Part shown: piece after piece, positions 38,256 to 48,864 of the stretch
Numbering within the stretch: the first letter of the stretch is position 1
Layout of the letters: the number at the start of each line of letters is the position of its first letter
Position numbers and translations under genes: made by a program
The notes under the pieces: generated by a model
Told to the model about the DNA's origin: nothing
Database searches by the model: none
The model's input: the letters and a program-made list of their open reading frames with translations, nothing else
Assembly (NCBI GenBank): GCA_039194325.1
Contig: JBCCWC010000014.1
Coordinates: 32,001 to 96,000, forward strand
Origin: Myxococcota bacterium
GTDB taxonomy: Bacteria; Myxococcota_A; Polyangia; Nannocystales; Nannocystaceae
DNA length: 64,000 bases
Direction: 5' to 3'

Positions 38256-39416
38256 ATGGATATCGTTAGTATCGGTCCGGTGGCGGGGGGACCCGTCGAG
38301 CTCCAGCGCGAGATGAGCGCGGTCGCAAGCCGCTTGTCGGGACAGAAGCTGGCGTTCTTGTATCTGCCCATCGATGCCGACCATGATGCCTACCTGCGAG
38401 CGGCCGAGGAGGCCCTAGGGGGTCCGGTGGTGGGGGCCACCACCGGCGGTGCTGCGTTCACCGAGCGAGGGTGGACCAAGTCCAAGCCGGTCGCGGCGGT
38501 CATCGGTGGTATCGACGTGGCCTTCGAGATCGGGGTGGCGACCGGGCTCGGGGACAACCTCGGCGCGTCGATCGCCACGGGGGTGCGTCCCGTGGTCGAA
38601 GCGGCTCGGGCGTACGCCAGCCGCAGTCACGCCCTCGTCGTCCTGGCTGATGCCTTCGCGTGTGATGGCGAGGCCCTGCTGTCGGCCGTGGCCGACGCGA
38701 CGCCGCCCCACTGGCGCCTATTCGGAGGTACGGCGGGCGACGACTGGACGTTCACCGGCACCAAGGTCTTCGCCCAAGGGGAGGTCGTCCAGGGGGCCGC
38801 GGTGATGGTCGGCGTGTTCTCCGATGCTCCTCCCTCGCTGGCCACCCGGCACGGCTGGTGCGCGGCCGAGGGCGGCAACGAGCTCACCGTGACCGGGATC
38901 GAAGGCAATCGCCTGCTCACCCTCAACGGTGAGCCCGCCGCTCGCGTCTATCGGGCCGAGCTCGAGCGGCTGGGCTTTTGGAAGGAGGGCGAGGAGCTCA
39001 TGCCCGTGATGGCCAAGTACGAGCTGGGGGCCAAGACCGTCTTCGGCAACGAGCTGAAGATCCGCGCCCCGCTAGGGGTGGACGATGATGGATCGGTGCT
39101 GCTGGCCAGCACCTTGCCGCGCGGGACCCTGGTCCGGGTCGTGACCGCCGATCCCGACCAGCTGATCGCGGCGGCCACCGAGCTGTCGGCCCGAGCGCTC
39201 GAGCCGCTGGCCGGCGCTGCGATCCGGGGCGCGCTGGTCTTCGATTGCGCCGCCCGGCTCCAGCTGCTCGGTTCACGGTACGGCGACGAGGTCTCCGCGT
39301 TCCTCGGCGGCCGCAATTTCCCCATGGTGGGCATGGCCTGCTACGGCGAGATCGCTCGGTTCGGCGGGAGCATCGAGGGCTTCCACAACACCACCGCGGT
39401 CATGGCCGCCTGGTAG
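38256..39416 (+). CDS. FIST (FIST_N + FIST_C) signal transduction protein
   Basis: VVGATTGG, FGGTAGDD, HGW, LNGEPAA, VFDCAAR, CYGEI and FHNTT. Confidence 0.9.
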   Translation: MDIVSIGPVAGGPVELQREMSAVASRLSGQKLAFLYLPIDADHDAYLRAAEEALGGPVVGATTGGAAFTERGWTKSKPVAAVIGGIDVAFEIGVATGLGDNLGASIATGVRPVVEAARAYASRSHALVVLADAFACDGEALLSAVADATPPHWRLFGGTAGDDWTFTGTKVFAQGEVVQGAAVMVGVFSDAPPSLATRHGWCAAEGGNELTVTGIEGNRLLTLNGEPAARVYRAELERLGFWKEGEELMPVMAKYELGAKTVFGNELKIRAPLGVDDDGSVLLASTLPRGTLVRVVTADPDQLIAAATELSARALEPLAGAAIRGALVFDCAARLQLLGSRYGDEVSAFLGGRNFPMVGMACYGEIARFGGSIEGFHNTTAVMAAW

Positions 39417-39432
39417 TGGACGCCGGCTTGGT

Positions 39433-39981
39433 CTATACCAGCTCGATGCCGTAGCGCGAGCGCAGCTCGACGAGCGGGACGTCGAGGTGGTCCGGCCAGC
39501 GATACAGCGCCCACTTGCGGGTCATCCGACGCGAGCGCCACATGACCTTGGCCACGCGAGGGAGGGTCGACAGGGTCGACGCCACCACTCGGCCGTAGCC
39601 TATGTCGCGAAACAAGCGACGAATGAAATCCCGCTGGGCCTCGCTGCGGAAGTACGGCCACAGCTGCTTCCACGTCGTATCGGTACCGACAAAGGTCCAG
39701 GTGTCGGCCAGGGTCTCGTCGGGCAGCGAGGTGCCGAGCCCAAAGAGCACGTGGCAGGCATCGTGGGCCGCTAAGAACATACCCAGATCGCCCAGGGATC
39801 TGTCTTGGGCGAGCTGCTCGACGTCGAACAGGTTGGGGTTGGCGGCTTGGTACTCGGCCAGGCCCTCGCGCAAGGTCTGCGTGGAGTCGGCGTGTTGGTA
39901 GCGACAGCGGACGGCGACGCCGGGCGTGACGGTTGCCCCGGCGGGGGCGGGGGCGGGGGCGGGAGCTTGGACCATGTCCAT
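39433..39981 (-). CDS. Coq4-like protein (HDxxH motif)
   Basis: HDACHVLFGLGTSLPDE and C-terminal LDVPLVELRSRYGI. Confidence 0.6.
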   Translation of the reverse strand: MDMVQAPAPAPAPAGATVTPGVAVRCRYQHADSTQTLREGLAEYQAANPNLFDVEQLAQDRSLGDLGMFLAAHDACHVLFGLGTSLPDETLADTWTFVGTDTTWKQLWPYFRSEAQRDFIRRLFRDIGYGRVVASTLSTLPRVAKVMWRSRRMTRKWALYRWPDHLDVPLVELRSRYGIELV

Positions 39982-40041
39982 CGAATCTGCGTCCTCTCTT
40001 GTAGTGTTCTCTCGGTTTTTCTTCGGGTCGACAATCAGTTC

Positions 40042-40076
40042 GACCACCTGGTCTCAAATATGAGACCACCGGTCTA
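40042..40076. promoter_or_regulatory. Paired palindromic operator-like sites upstream of the Coq4-like gene
   Basis: GACCACCTGGTC(T) at 40042 and AGACCACCGGTCT at 40063, next to an AT-rich tract. Confidence 0.4.
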
Positions 40077-40584
40077 ATTTTCGATCGAGTTTGGTCTTTT
40101 TTTTATAAGCTACCGGAACTAATAAGGAAAAAATGATCGTACGGCCGGTCGAGCGCACGGTGGTTTTCGCTTGCGCAACCTTCGCATTTGCCGAACGAAC
40201 CCATCGAGGCTTCGAGCGCCGTCGCGGCGCGGGTCGAGGGATCGACAAGAGGGCCGAGCGGGATGGAGGTCGTTCGTGGAGCGGTGGTGGTCGTCGAGCG
40301 CGCGAGCGCCGGCGTCGCCCGGTGTCGTGGGGGAGACGACACGTCCCGCGTCCGTGACCCTCGAGGGCTCGTCACCCGCGGCCGAGCTCGCCGCGGTACG
40401 AACGGGCGCGGCCGGCTGTGGGTGCAGTCGACTCCGGTCCGACTCGATCCCGGGCTGGTTCGACGCCGGGTGGTGACCCCGTGGCCCGTCGATGGCTCTG
40501 CTGGTTCGGCGCATCTCGCTCTGTCTGGTGGCTCGGGTGCATCGCGGGGTGGTTCGAGGTCGCGCGGCCGGCTACGATCGATCG

Positions 40585-41199
40585 ATGTCCGTGGATCCCG
40601 TGCGGCGCATGGCGACCGTGGACGACCTCCCGGTCGAGCCCGATCGCCGGGCGTACGAGATCGTGCAGGGCGTCATCGTGGAGAAAGCCAGCCCGACCTT
40701 CGAGCACGGTGAGGCCCAGGGAGCGGCGGCGGCTCATGCTCGCCGCTTTCATGGCCGGGGCAACGGCGGGGGATCGGCGGGCTGGTGGATCGCGGTCGAG
40801 GTCGACGTCGAGCTTGAGCCGCATGAGCTGTACCGCCCCGATGTGGTCGGCTGGCGTCGGGATCGCACGCCCGATCGTCCGCGAGGTTGGCCGGTTCGCG
40901 TGTGTCCCGACTGGATCTGCGAGATCCTGTCTCCGTCTACGGCATCGCGCGACGTAGGTCCCAAGCTGCGGACCTATCATCGGCATGGCGTTGGTCACCT
41001 GTGGATCGTCGACCCCGAGCACCGCATGCTCACCGTGTATCGGCACGGGACCGACGGCTACGTGGTGGCTCTGGCCGCGGGGGTTGAGGAGACGGTTTCG
41101 GCCGAGCCCTTCGAGCGCCTGCCGCTGCACGTGGGTGTGCTGTTCGGCGTGGAGGAAGACGCGCCCACCGTTCATCCCAAGGACGGGCCGGCACGCTAG
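40585..41199 (+). CDS. Uma2 family (PD-(D/E)XK) endonuclease
   Basis: YEIVQG...P...H, YRPDVVGWRRDR, PDWICEILSPST, K...Y...GVGHLWIVDP. Confidence 0.9.
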   Translation: MSVDPVRRMATVDDLPVEPDRRAYEIVQGVIVEKASPTFEHGEAQGAAAAHARRFHGRGNGGGSAGWWIAVEVDVELEPHELYRPDVVGWRRDRTPDRPRGWPVRVCPDWICEILSPSTASRDVGPKLRTYHRHGVGHLWIVDPEHRMLTVYRHGTDGYVVALAAGVEETVSAEPFERLPLHVGVLFGVEEDAPTVHPKDGPAR

Positions 41200-41383
41200 C
41201 GGCGGGCAGGGGGCGACCTGTCCATGCCCTGTGCGGTGCTGGTGAGATCTCGGCCGCGCCGCTCGCTCGCCGATTCCAGGCCGATCGTTGCCGATCGCGT
41301 GACGGCAGTCACGACTGACGGGGGATTTGTTACCGGTCCGTCATGCTCGGTTCGGGTGGTCACGCTACGGTGCCGCACTTTCC

Positions 41384-42439
41384 ATGAAGACTCTACGCGT
41401 TCGTTCGTTGGGCATCGTGGTGGTGTCTGCCGGTTTGGCCTGCTCCGATGATCTTCCAAGTGTGCAGACGATGACCATGGGCTCGAGCGAGTCCGACACC
41501 ATCACCGGCACCTCGACGATGTCGCCGGTCACTGGTCCGCCTCAGTCCACCACCGCCAGCACACCGGGGGCTACCGACAGCACGGCTGCCTTCGACGGCA
41601 CCACCACCGATGGGGCCACGACCACGGCCGCGGGTACCCAGACCACGGCAGCGGACACACAGACCGAGACGGGACCGACCACCGGCGGGGAGACGACCAC
41701 CGAGTCCGGGGTTTCCACCGGGACCACCACGACAGCGACCGAGGGGACGGGGACCACCGCCGGCGGGATGGACGACACCATCTACGAGATCCAGGACGGC
41801 ACGATCTCCACCGGAGTGGCGGTCGACGTCCAGGGGGTCGTCGTCACCGGAGTGGGTGGCTCGGGGTTCTTCGCCCAAGAGCCCGGCGGTGGCCAGTACG
41901 CGGGCGTCTACGTCTACGTGGCCGCGCCGCCGATGGTGATGGCCGGAGACGAGGTGGACATCGTGGGGGTCACCGTGGAGTTCAACGACCTGACCGAGAT
42001 CGACGTCCAGGCGGGGGCGGTCACCCCGACCGGGCTCACGGGCGTGAACCTGGTACCCGACGTGGTCGTGCTGTCCGAGCTTACGCCCGCCACCGGTGAG
42101 CCCTGGGAGGGGGTGCTGGTGCGCATCGAGGGGGCACCGCTGACCGTGGTCGATCTGCCCGGCTTCGACGAGTTCGACGTGGGCGACGGTGGAGTCGACG
42201 ACGCACGGATCGACAACTTCCTCTATAGTGTGTTCGACTTTCCCGCGGTCTATCCCGGCTTTGGCGTGGGGGCTACCTTCACCGCGGTCCAGGGGCCGGT
42301 CAATTTCACCTTTGGGGCGTACAAGGTCGCTCCCCGCGAGCCTACCGATCTTGAGGGTTACCTGCCGCCCGCCGCCGCGCGTAGGGGGGCGCTGGGCGTG
42401 CCGCTGCCGTGGTTGGAGGAGGCGCCGCCGCGGGGCTGA
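41384..42439 (+). CDS. Lipoprotein with a Thr-rich linker and OB-fold (extracellular nuclease-associated) domains
   Basis: Lipobox GLAC, T/S/G-rich linker, TIYEIQ...VQGVVVT...GFFAQE...GDEVDIVG...TEI, and EPWEGVLVRI. Confidence 0.75.
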   Translation: MKTLRVRSLGIVVVSAGLACSDDLPSVQTMTMGSSESDTITGTSTMSPVTGPPQSTTASTPGATDSTAAFDGTTTDGATTTAAGTQTTAADTQTETGPTTGGETTTESGVSTGTTTTATEGTGTTAGGMDDTIYEIQDGTISTGVAVDVQGVVVTGVGGSGFFAQEPGGGQYAGVYVYVAAPPMVMAGDEVDIVGVTVEFNDLTEIDVQAGAVTPTGLTGVNLVPDVVVLSELTPATGEPWEGVLVRIEGAPLTVVDLPGFDEFDVGDGGVDDARIDNFLYSVFDFPAVYPGFGVGATFTAVQGPVNFTFGAYKVAPREPTDLEGYLPPAAARRGALGVPLPWLEEAPPRG

Positions 42440-42532
42440 TCGCTCGGCGCCGAGCCCCGTAAGCGCGGGTGGGGGCGCACACCCATCCCCGGCGGGGCGA
42501 GGGCCACGAATATGCGGGTATCATGCCGACCC

Positions 42533-43276
42533 ATGCGAAGCATCGTGCTGGCGTGCGTGCTGGGAGGGTCAGCGGGGGCGGCGGCGTGCTTACTGAAGCT
42601 CGACAACGAGATCGCGTGTGGAGATGGCTATACCGACACCCCGTCGGGCGAGGAGTGTGACCCCGAGGACAGCGACAGCTACCGCGACGCGTGCGGCACC
42701 GTGCCGGGCTACTGCAATCCCAACTCGTGCCAGCTCGAGTGCTGCGGGGACGAGGTCGCCAACGGCGTCGAGGAGTGCGACGCATCCGACCTCGGACAGT
42801 TGGGGCCGGACGGGGGCTCCGGCGCGGGCGAGGGCTGCCGGGGGCTCACCATACCGGGGACCACCCAACGCTATGCGGGCGGGACCCTGGGCTGCACGGA
42901 CGCGTGCCGCTTCGATCTAAGCGGTTGCTCGTTGTGCGGCAACGAGCAGATCGACCCGCGGATCGTCTATCCCGACGCCGAAGAGCTCGGGGCCGAGATC
43001 TGTGACGGTGATTTCGTCTTGCCCGAGCCGCTGCGGAGCCGATGCGCGGGGGTCTGCGAGTATGCCGGCGACAAGCCGGTCGAATGCAACGTTGCCTGCG
43101 ATGGCTGTCGGTTTCTCACCGTGCTCGAGCCCAAGCAGTGCTGTCGTCCCAAGGACACGCCGATCGACCTGGACCGAGAGCGCGGCTACCCATGTTGCTG
43201 CGAGCTCGACGAGCGCGAGTGCGACCTGACCGAACTGGCACCGGAGCCCGGGGTTCAGCCGGTCTGCCCGGGGTGA
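42533..43276 (+). CDS. Myxobacterial Cys-rich repeat lipoprotein
   Basis: AAAC signal and repeated CGDG/CGN...EECD motifs. Confidence 0.8.
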   Translation: MRSIVLACVLGGSAGAAACLLKLDNEIACGDGYTDTPSGEECDPEDSDSYRDACGTVPGYCNPNSCQLECCGDEVANGVEECDASDLGQLGPDGGSGAGEGCRGLTIPGTTQRYAGGTLGCTDACRFDLSGCSLCGNEQIDPRIVYPDAEELGAEICDGDFVLPEPLRSRCAGVCEYAGDKPVECNVACDGCRFLTVLEPKQCCRPKDTPIDLDRERGYPCCCELDERECDLTELAPEPGVQPVCPG

Positions 43277-43378
43277 ACCTCGGCCGAGCGAAGATCGCAG
43301 CAGCCCGGGCGGGGTGTCCCCCGACCGGGCTGCTGAGATTAGGCTGCTGAGAGTGGGCGCCGAGGCTGGGCCTTGGCC

Positions 43379-44956
43379 TTAGACCGGGCAGCACTGGTAG
43401 GAGTAGGCCCCGATCCCCGAGATGGTGCACTCGTTGGACGGAGCGGCCTGACACAGGGTACCCACCTCCGAAGAGAGCACGCAGGTGTCGCTGCACGAGT
43501 TGAACATCGAGCCAGCGAACGAGGTGGGCGCGTCTAGGGTGCCGGGGTTGCAGTCGTTGTCGATCATGTCGTACTGGATCTCGAAGCCCGAGGGGCTGAC
43601 GTCGGGATCGGTGTCGTCGCAGTCGTCGGCGTTGTCGACGAAGCCGGCTGGCGGGGCGCAGCCCACCTCGGTGACGTTCGGGTCGCCAAAGCCGTCGGCG
43701 TCGGCGTCGGCATAGAACACGTCATTGCAGCCCGGCACGCCGCCGCCGCCCCCCTCGCAGGCGCCCTGGGACGCCACCGAGACCCCCGCGGCCGCCGCCG
43801 CATGTTCGTTGGAGTAGGTCATGCCGTCGCAGCCACAGACCGGCGCGTCGATGTCGGGGGCGCCCAGCTTGATCGGTTCGCAGGTGCCCGAGCCGAACGC
43901 GCCGCACGACGTGGCCTCGTCGAAGCGGCAGTACTGCTCGTCGTTGCACTCGGCATCCGAGTCGCACGCACTGGGCGGCAGCTGCACATAGTAGGGCTGG
44001 CAAGCCTCGAGGGTGAAGTCGTCCTGACCGGATCCCCAGTACCAGGAGCGCTGCTGCGACTGGGCGAGCCAGCGCCCGATCCCCCAGTAGCCGGCCTGGT
44101 CGACGAAGTACGAGGCGTCGGTGGGCCCGTCGTAGAGCACGGGGAAGGTCTGCAGGTTCAGGCCCGTCTCGCTGTCCACCTCGAACGGCTCGCTGGTCGG
44201 CACGGTACCCACAAGCGAGAGGTACGGGTCGGTGTTCGGGTTCAGCTCGACCGCGACCACTCCTCCGTACGGCAGCGAGAAGTCGCCGTGCGGGCCGTCG
44301 CCCGCGCTGGCCATCCAGTAGAGCCACGACTGGCTACCTGCGTTCCACGAGTAGACGTTGTTCACCGCGCTGCCGAACTGGTCGACCACGTCCGAGGCCA
44401 CCTCCACTCCGCCCAGCATGCACAGGCCGAACTTGTTGAAGCCCGGGTGGACGGCGGTAGTGGTCTTCATCACCATCGTGGACAGCTCGGGGCCGCTCTG
44501 GGTGGAGTAGACCACGCGGTAGAAGTAGTTGGGCGTGAAGGTCTGGCGGGCGGCCGCGCCCGGATCGGTCATCATGCTCGAGCCCACGGTCAGGGTGAGG
44601 CTGCTGACCGAGGCGGGGAGCGCCCCCAGGTCGGGGTCGACCAGGTCCTGGGCGTTGGACGAGCGCAGCACCATCACCGACGCCGAGGGGTCGACCGAGG
44701 TCCAGGTGAGCACGATATCGTCGCCGTCGGTGGCAATGTCGACTGGAAAGCCCGGGAACGCGTCGACGCGGCGCTGGGTGGTCAGATCGCCCGAGGCGGG
44801 GCGGTGGGAGGGGGCAGCGGCGTCGTCCTCGTCGACCAGCTCGAGCACCTCGATGCCGCTATCGTTGTCCGTGACGCAGGCGGGAGCACCGAAGGCGCCC
44901 ATGGCAACGACCAAAGTCCACGCACCAAACTTGCTTTGCATGTCTCGCTCCGTCAT
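43379..44956 (-). CDS. Cys-rich lipoprotein with Kazal-like and MopE-related/putative metal-binding motifs
   Basis: Signal ...APAC, PVCGCDGMTYSNE (Kazal-like), and YADADADGFGD...DCDD...EIQYDMIDNDCN. Confidence 0.8.
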   Translation of the reverse strand: MTERDMQSKFGAWTLVVAMGAFGAPACVTDNDSGIEVLELVDEDDAAAPSHRPASGDLTTQRRVDAFPGFPVDIATDGDDIVLTWTSVDPSASVMVLRSSNAQDLVDPDLGALPASVSSLTLTVGSSMMTDPGAAARQTFTPNYFYRVVYSTQSGPELSTMVMKTTTAVHPGFNKFGLCMLGGVEVASDVVDQFGSAVNNVYSWNAGSQSWLYWMASAGDGPHGDFSLPYGGVVAVELNPNTDPYLSLVGTVPTSEPFEVDSETGLNLQTFPVLYDGPTDASYFVDQAGYWGIGRWLAQSQQRSWYWGSGQDDFTLEACQPYYVQLPPSACDSDAECNDEQYCRFDEATSCGAFGSGTCEPIKLGAPDIDAPVCGCDGMTYSNEHAAAAAGVSVASQGACEGGGGGVPGCNDVFYADADADGFGDPNVTEVGCAPPAGFVDNADDCDDTDPDVSPSGFEIQYDMIDNDCNPGTLDAPTSFAGSMFNSCSDTCVLSSEVGTLCQAAPSNECTISGIGAYSYQCCPV

Positions 44957-45297
44957 TCGGACCGTATGGGTCCGAGAGGTTGTAGGGGCGGCGGGCCGAC
45001 CCTCGATCTCTACTCATCGAGTACGTCCGATCGAGGCGCTACCGGTCGGGAGATTCCGGCTGGGGCACCGGGGGAGGCCCCTCGCGCTTCATCGAAGCGT
45101 TCAACGAACTCTGTATCATTCATCTACGGCCAGGGATTCACTTCGTCAAGCTAGACTCGTGCAATTGGCAATACATTTTTTAAGGGGCCCCATGAGTGCC
45201 TCCAGGACGCTTCGAACGGGCATCCAAAACGGCACGAAAGCCCGTCGCCGGGGCATTTTGACGCGTCGTGGCTCGATGCGCAGAACGACCGGCCGAC

Positions 45298-45445
45298 GGT
45301 GTCAGATCGAGTGTCCGGGGTGCCAGATCGAGTGACCAGGGGGGTGTCAGGTCGATTGACCAGGGGTGTCAGATCAAAACCTCGGGGGGTCGAAGGCGGT
45401 CGCGTGGTGGTGTCAGATCGAGTGACCAGGGAGGTGTCAGATCGA
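45298..45445. repeat. Iteron-like direct repeat array (six copies of a GGTGTCAGATCG core)
   Basis: Copies start at 45298, 45319, 45343, 45365, 45409 and 45433. Consensus GGTGTCAGATCGAGTGACCAGG. Confidence 0.75.
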
Positions 45446-45687
45446 TCGTACGCCCACGGTGGTGGGGAGGGCCAAGGACAGACCTAAGGACAAGGACACC
45501 CACCGGCGGGAGGTGGGCCGACTCGGTCGCGGTTGGATACGTTGCCGTGGGGAACGTGTTACCGGGGAGTCGAAGGGTAGACGCCGCCACCTACCTCGAT
45601 GTTCCCGTGGAGATCGAGATCGGAGCCAGAACAGTGACCGGCGATGCCAGCCGATGCAAGGTGTCGACGAGCCTTCGTTGATCGACG

Positions 45688-48687
45688 TCACGGTGCTCGA
45701 CGCTGCGGTGCTCGACGGATCGTGCGTGGGGGAGCGGCCAGCCACCGCTGCGCGCGCGCTCGGTCGCGGGCAGAGCCAGCCCCGGAGGCTCGTAGATCCT
45801 CGACCGCCCGCTCGCCCATCAGCAGGGCCCGCTCGGCCTCTCCGTCGCGGTACAGCGTTCGGGCGAGTTCGAAGCGGAGCCGGCCGACCGTACCCGACGT
45901 GGCCTCGTGGGCCTCGGCGAGCTCGACCGCGCGTTCGAGGGTCGAGCGCGAAGCCTTCAGGCGACCCAGCTCGCGCAGGGCCCAGCCCTGGGCAACCCGA
46001 GCGTCCAGCGACGCCGTAGGGCCTCGTCCGTGAGCCTCGAGCAGCTCGACGGCCCGCTCGGCCTCCTCCAGGGCTTGCTTGGCCTGTCCCGTTTGAACCA
46101 TCAGCAGGGCCACCATCGAAGCATGCAGCCCATGCTCGGGGTGCTCGGGCTCCAGCCGTTCCCGGGCGATCCGCTGGGCCTGCACCGCCAGCTCCAGGGC
46201 CTCCTGGGGGCGCTCTTGGTCGAGCACCGCCTGGGCCAGGTTGCGCATCGACTCGGCGATCGCCGGGTGCTGTGGCCCTAGCTTGTCGCGCCGGATGTCG
46301 AGCGCTCGACGATGCAGCTGCTCGGCCTGTTCGGGACGACCGAGGTTGCGCTCCACGATCGCCTTGCTGGCCAGCGAGCGAGCGTACTCCAGGTGGTCGG
46401 GACCGAGCACCTCCTGCTGCAGCGCGAGCGTGTGGTCCAGCTCTGCCTCAGCGTCCTCATAGTGGCCCTGCATCACCGCAATCAGCGAGAGGTTGGCGTA
46501 CAGCGAGGTCATGCTGGGATGCTTGGGCCCCAGGACGCGCTCGGTGAGCCCGGCTGCCTGTCGCAGGTGCTCACGGGCGCGGTCCATCTCGCGGCGCTCC
46601 GCATAGGCGCTGCCCAGGTTCATCAGCGCGACCGCCAGGTTGGGGCTGTCCGGGTCCAGGGCTCGCTGCTGCTCGACCAGGCGTTCGAACAAGACCAGGG
46701 CCCGGTCGTAGTGGGCCTGTCGGATCGCGATGATGGCCAGGGTGTTGGTGATACCGATCTCGATACGAGGTGCACTGCCCATGCGGTGGACCAGGGCCTG
46801 CGCGATCCCGACCCACTGTTGGCCTTGTTCGTGCAGTTGCTGCTTGGCGCCCAGCTCGTGTCCCAGATCGACCGCCGCCATGGCGGCCCGGCGATCGTCG
46901 CCGGCCGCGAGCGCCTCGCGGAACGCGGTCCGTAGCATTTCCAGGCCCTCGGGTTGGTCGAGCGAGAGCTGGGCGCGGGCCAGCGTGTGCTCGACCGCCG
47001 CGATGATCGGCCGATAGTCGGTGGCCCGTGCCTGGTCGAGCAGCGGCCCGAGCCGCTCCACTTGTTGGTGGTACTTGGCGGCCGACGCCAGTGCATCCGC
47101 ATGGGCCAGCGCCTCGCGGATCGCCGTGACCTGGATGCGGGTCGATTCCTGCTCCGGCGGGGCCACTCCAGCCTCGAGCGCAGCCACGTCCTCGCAGCCG
47201 GCCAGATCGGGCAGGCCCAAGGCCTCCTGGACCGCGCGGTCGACCACGGTGGGATTGGGCTCGGCGAGCACCCCGAGCAGACCATCGAGGCGCTGCAGTC
47301 GCTCGCTCAGGCACTGTCGTCGCTTCTCGAGCAGTTGTGCCGTCTGGGTCTGGTCGACATGGGTGGCCTCACAAGCCCTCGTGCTCTGCTCGGCCCACGC
47401 CAGTGCATAGGCGTCGACGTGCTGGGCGACGCGGGCCCAAGTGTCCTCCGCATGGGGCAGATCCAGGCCTTCGAAGGTCGTGCGTAGCGACCGTTGGCGC
47501 TCGTCGCTCCATACCACCTGCACCTCGTTGGCCGACGCCGCACAGGGGGAGCGAGCGCTAGACGCTCCCGAGCGATAGGCCAAGCCGGCCACCGCCAGGG
47601 CTCCCACACCCACCGCGCCCGCCAGGGCCCACCGCCGCCAGGAGCGGCCGTGGTCTCGCTGCAGGTCGGCGAGCAGCGCGTCCATCGACGGGTAGCGCTC
47701 GTCCGGGTCGCTTCGCAGGCCGCGCAGCACCACGCGACGCAGCCACGCGGGGACCGAGCGATCGGCGGGCGTCGGCTGGATCTGGCCGGCGAATACCGAG
47801 CGGGTGAGGCTGCACATCGAGTTGCCCGCAAAAGGGCGCAGCCCGTGGAGCGCCTCGAACAGTGCCACGCAAAACGAGAATTGATCCGAGGTTGCGGTGG
47901 CCACCCGTCCCGCCAGCTGCTCCGGGGACATGTACGCGGGCGTGCCCATCACCGTGCCGGCCTCCGTCAACGCTTGGTCGAGGTTCGAGCCGCTCATCAT
48001 CTCATTGCGGCCGTTGCCGCCGCTATGGTCGTCATGGCCGTCGTAGAACCCGATCGAGTCGGCGCTACCGCGGCCTCGAGCCAGTCCGAAGTCGAGGACC
48101 CGGACCCGACCGTCTCGGCCCAGCAGCACGTTGTCCGGCTTGAAATCACGGTGGATCAGATCGGCGGCGTGGGCCGCCGCCAGGCCACTTCCCGCCTGGA
48201 CAAAGACGTCGAGGATCTCGGGGATCGAGCGGGTGCGTTCGTCGAGCCAGCGGGTCAGGGTCGGCCCATCGATGAACTCCATCGCCACGAACACCGAGCC
48301 CGACAGCTCACCCACGTCGTGCACGGCGACTACGTTGGGGTGGGCGATACGAGCGATCGCCTGGGCCTCGCGCATGAGCCGAATGCGTCCATCTCCCACG
48401 TACGAGGGGCGGAGCAGCTTGATCGCGACCCGGCGGTCGAGCTCCGGATCATAGGCGGCATAGACCACGCCCATCCCGCCCGCGCCCAGCGGATCGGTCA
48501 CCACATAGCGATCGACCAGCGATCCGCGGGCCAGCGTAGGCGCATCCCGGTCGCGTGCCGTCGGCTCCGTTTCCTCGCCGATGCGAACGGTCTGCTCACC
48601 GAGGCCGTGGGCCCCGGTCGGCATGATCGTCGGGTCCTGATCCACCGCCCGACGAGCATGCCTTGGTGGTTCGGCCTTTCCACGCAT
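45688..48687 (-). CDS. Ser/Thr protein kinase with TM segment and TPR repeats
   Basis: LGAGGMGVVY, HRDFKPDN, DFG and YMSPE, then a TM segment and LGPxHP-type TPRs. Confidence 0.93.
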   Translation of the reverse strand: MRGKAEPPRHARRAVDQDPTIMPTGAHGLGEQTVRIGEETEPTARDRDAPTLARGSLVDRYVVTDPLGAGGMGVVYAAYDPELDRRVAIKLLRPSYVGDGRIRLMREAQAIARIAHPNVVAVHDVGELSGSVFVAMEFIDGPTLTRWLDERTRSIPEILDVFVQAGSGLAAAHAADLIHRDFKPDNVLLGRDGRVRVLDFGLARGRGSADSIGFYDGHDDHSGGNGRNEMMSGSNLDQALTEAGTVMGTPAYMSPEQLAGRVATATSDQFSFCVALFEALHGLRPFAGNSMCSLTRSVFAGQIQPTPADRSVPAWLRRVVLRGLRSDPDERYPSMDALLADLQRDHGRSWRRWALAGAVGVGALAVAGLAYRSGASSARSPCAASANEVQVVWSDERQRSLRTTFEGLDLPHAEDTWARVAQHVDAYALAWAEQSTRACEATHVDQTQTAQLLEKRRQCLSERLQRLDGLLGVLAEPNPTVVDRAVQEALGLPDLAGCEDVAALEAGVAPPEQESTRIQVTAIREALAHADALASAAKYHQQVERLGPLLDQARATDYRPIIAAVEHTLARAQLSLDQPEGLEMLRTAFREALAAGDDRRAAMAAVDLGHELGAKQQLHEQGQQWVGIAQALVHRMGSAPRIEIGITNTLAIIAIRQAHYDRALVLFERLVEQQRALDPDSPNLAVALMNLGSAYAERREMDRAREHLRQAAGLTERVLGPKHPSMTSLYANLSLIAVMQGHYEDAEAELDHTLALQQEVLGPDHLEYARSLASKAIVERNLGRPEQAEQLHRRALDIRRDKLGPQHPAIAESMRNLAQAVLDQERPQEALELAVQAQRIARERLEPEHPEHGLHASMVALLMVQTGQAKQALEEAERAVELLEAHGRGPTASLDARVAQGWALRELGRLKASRSTLERAVELAEAHEATSGTVGRLRFELARTLYRDGEAERALLMGERAVEDLRASGAGSARDRARAQRWLAAPPRTIRRAPQRRAP

Positions 48688-48864
48688 GCGCTACTTGCGG
48701 AGTCTCATGGCGAGATGTCGTCCCTTGTGGGCGCTATTGCTCGGCTGGTCATCCTCACTACACTAGTCGGACTCCAGAACTCTTGCTGCCGACGTAATCG
48801 GACATACCAAGAATTTCTGAGGTAAACCCTTACCGCCAAACTTCGCGCGCGTCCCGCTCGTCTC

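Noticed and set aside
40585..41199. Uma2 nuclease as the retron effector or part of a defence island
   Set aside because: It is ~10 kb from the retron on the opposite strand, and Uma2 paralogs are commonly scattered in myxobacterial genomes.
43802..45154. 450-aa plus-strand ORF
   Set aside because: It is antisense to the Cys-rich lipoprotein.
45298..45445. CRISPR array
   Set aside because: The repeats are nearly contiguous with no unique 30-40-bp spacers, and there are no cas genes.
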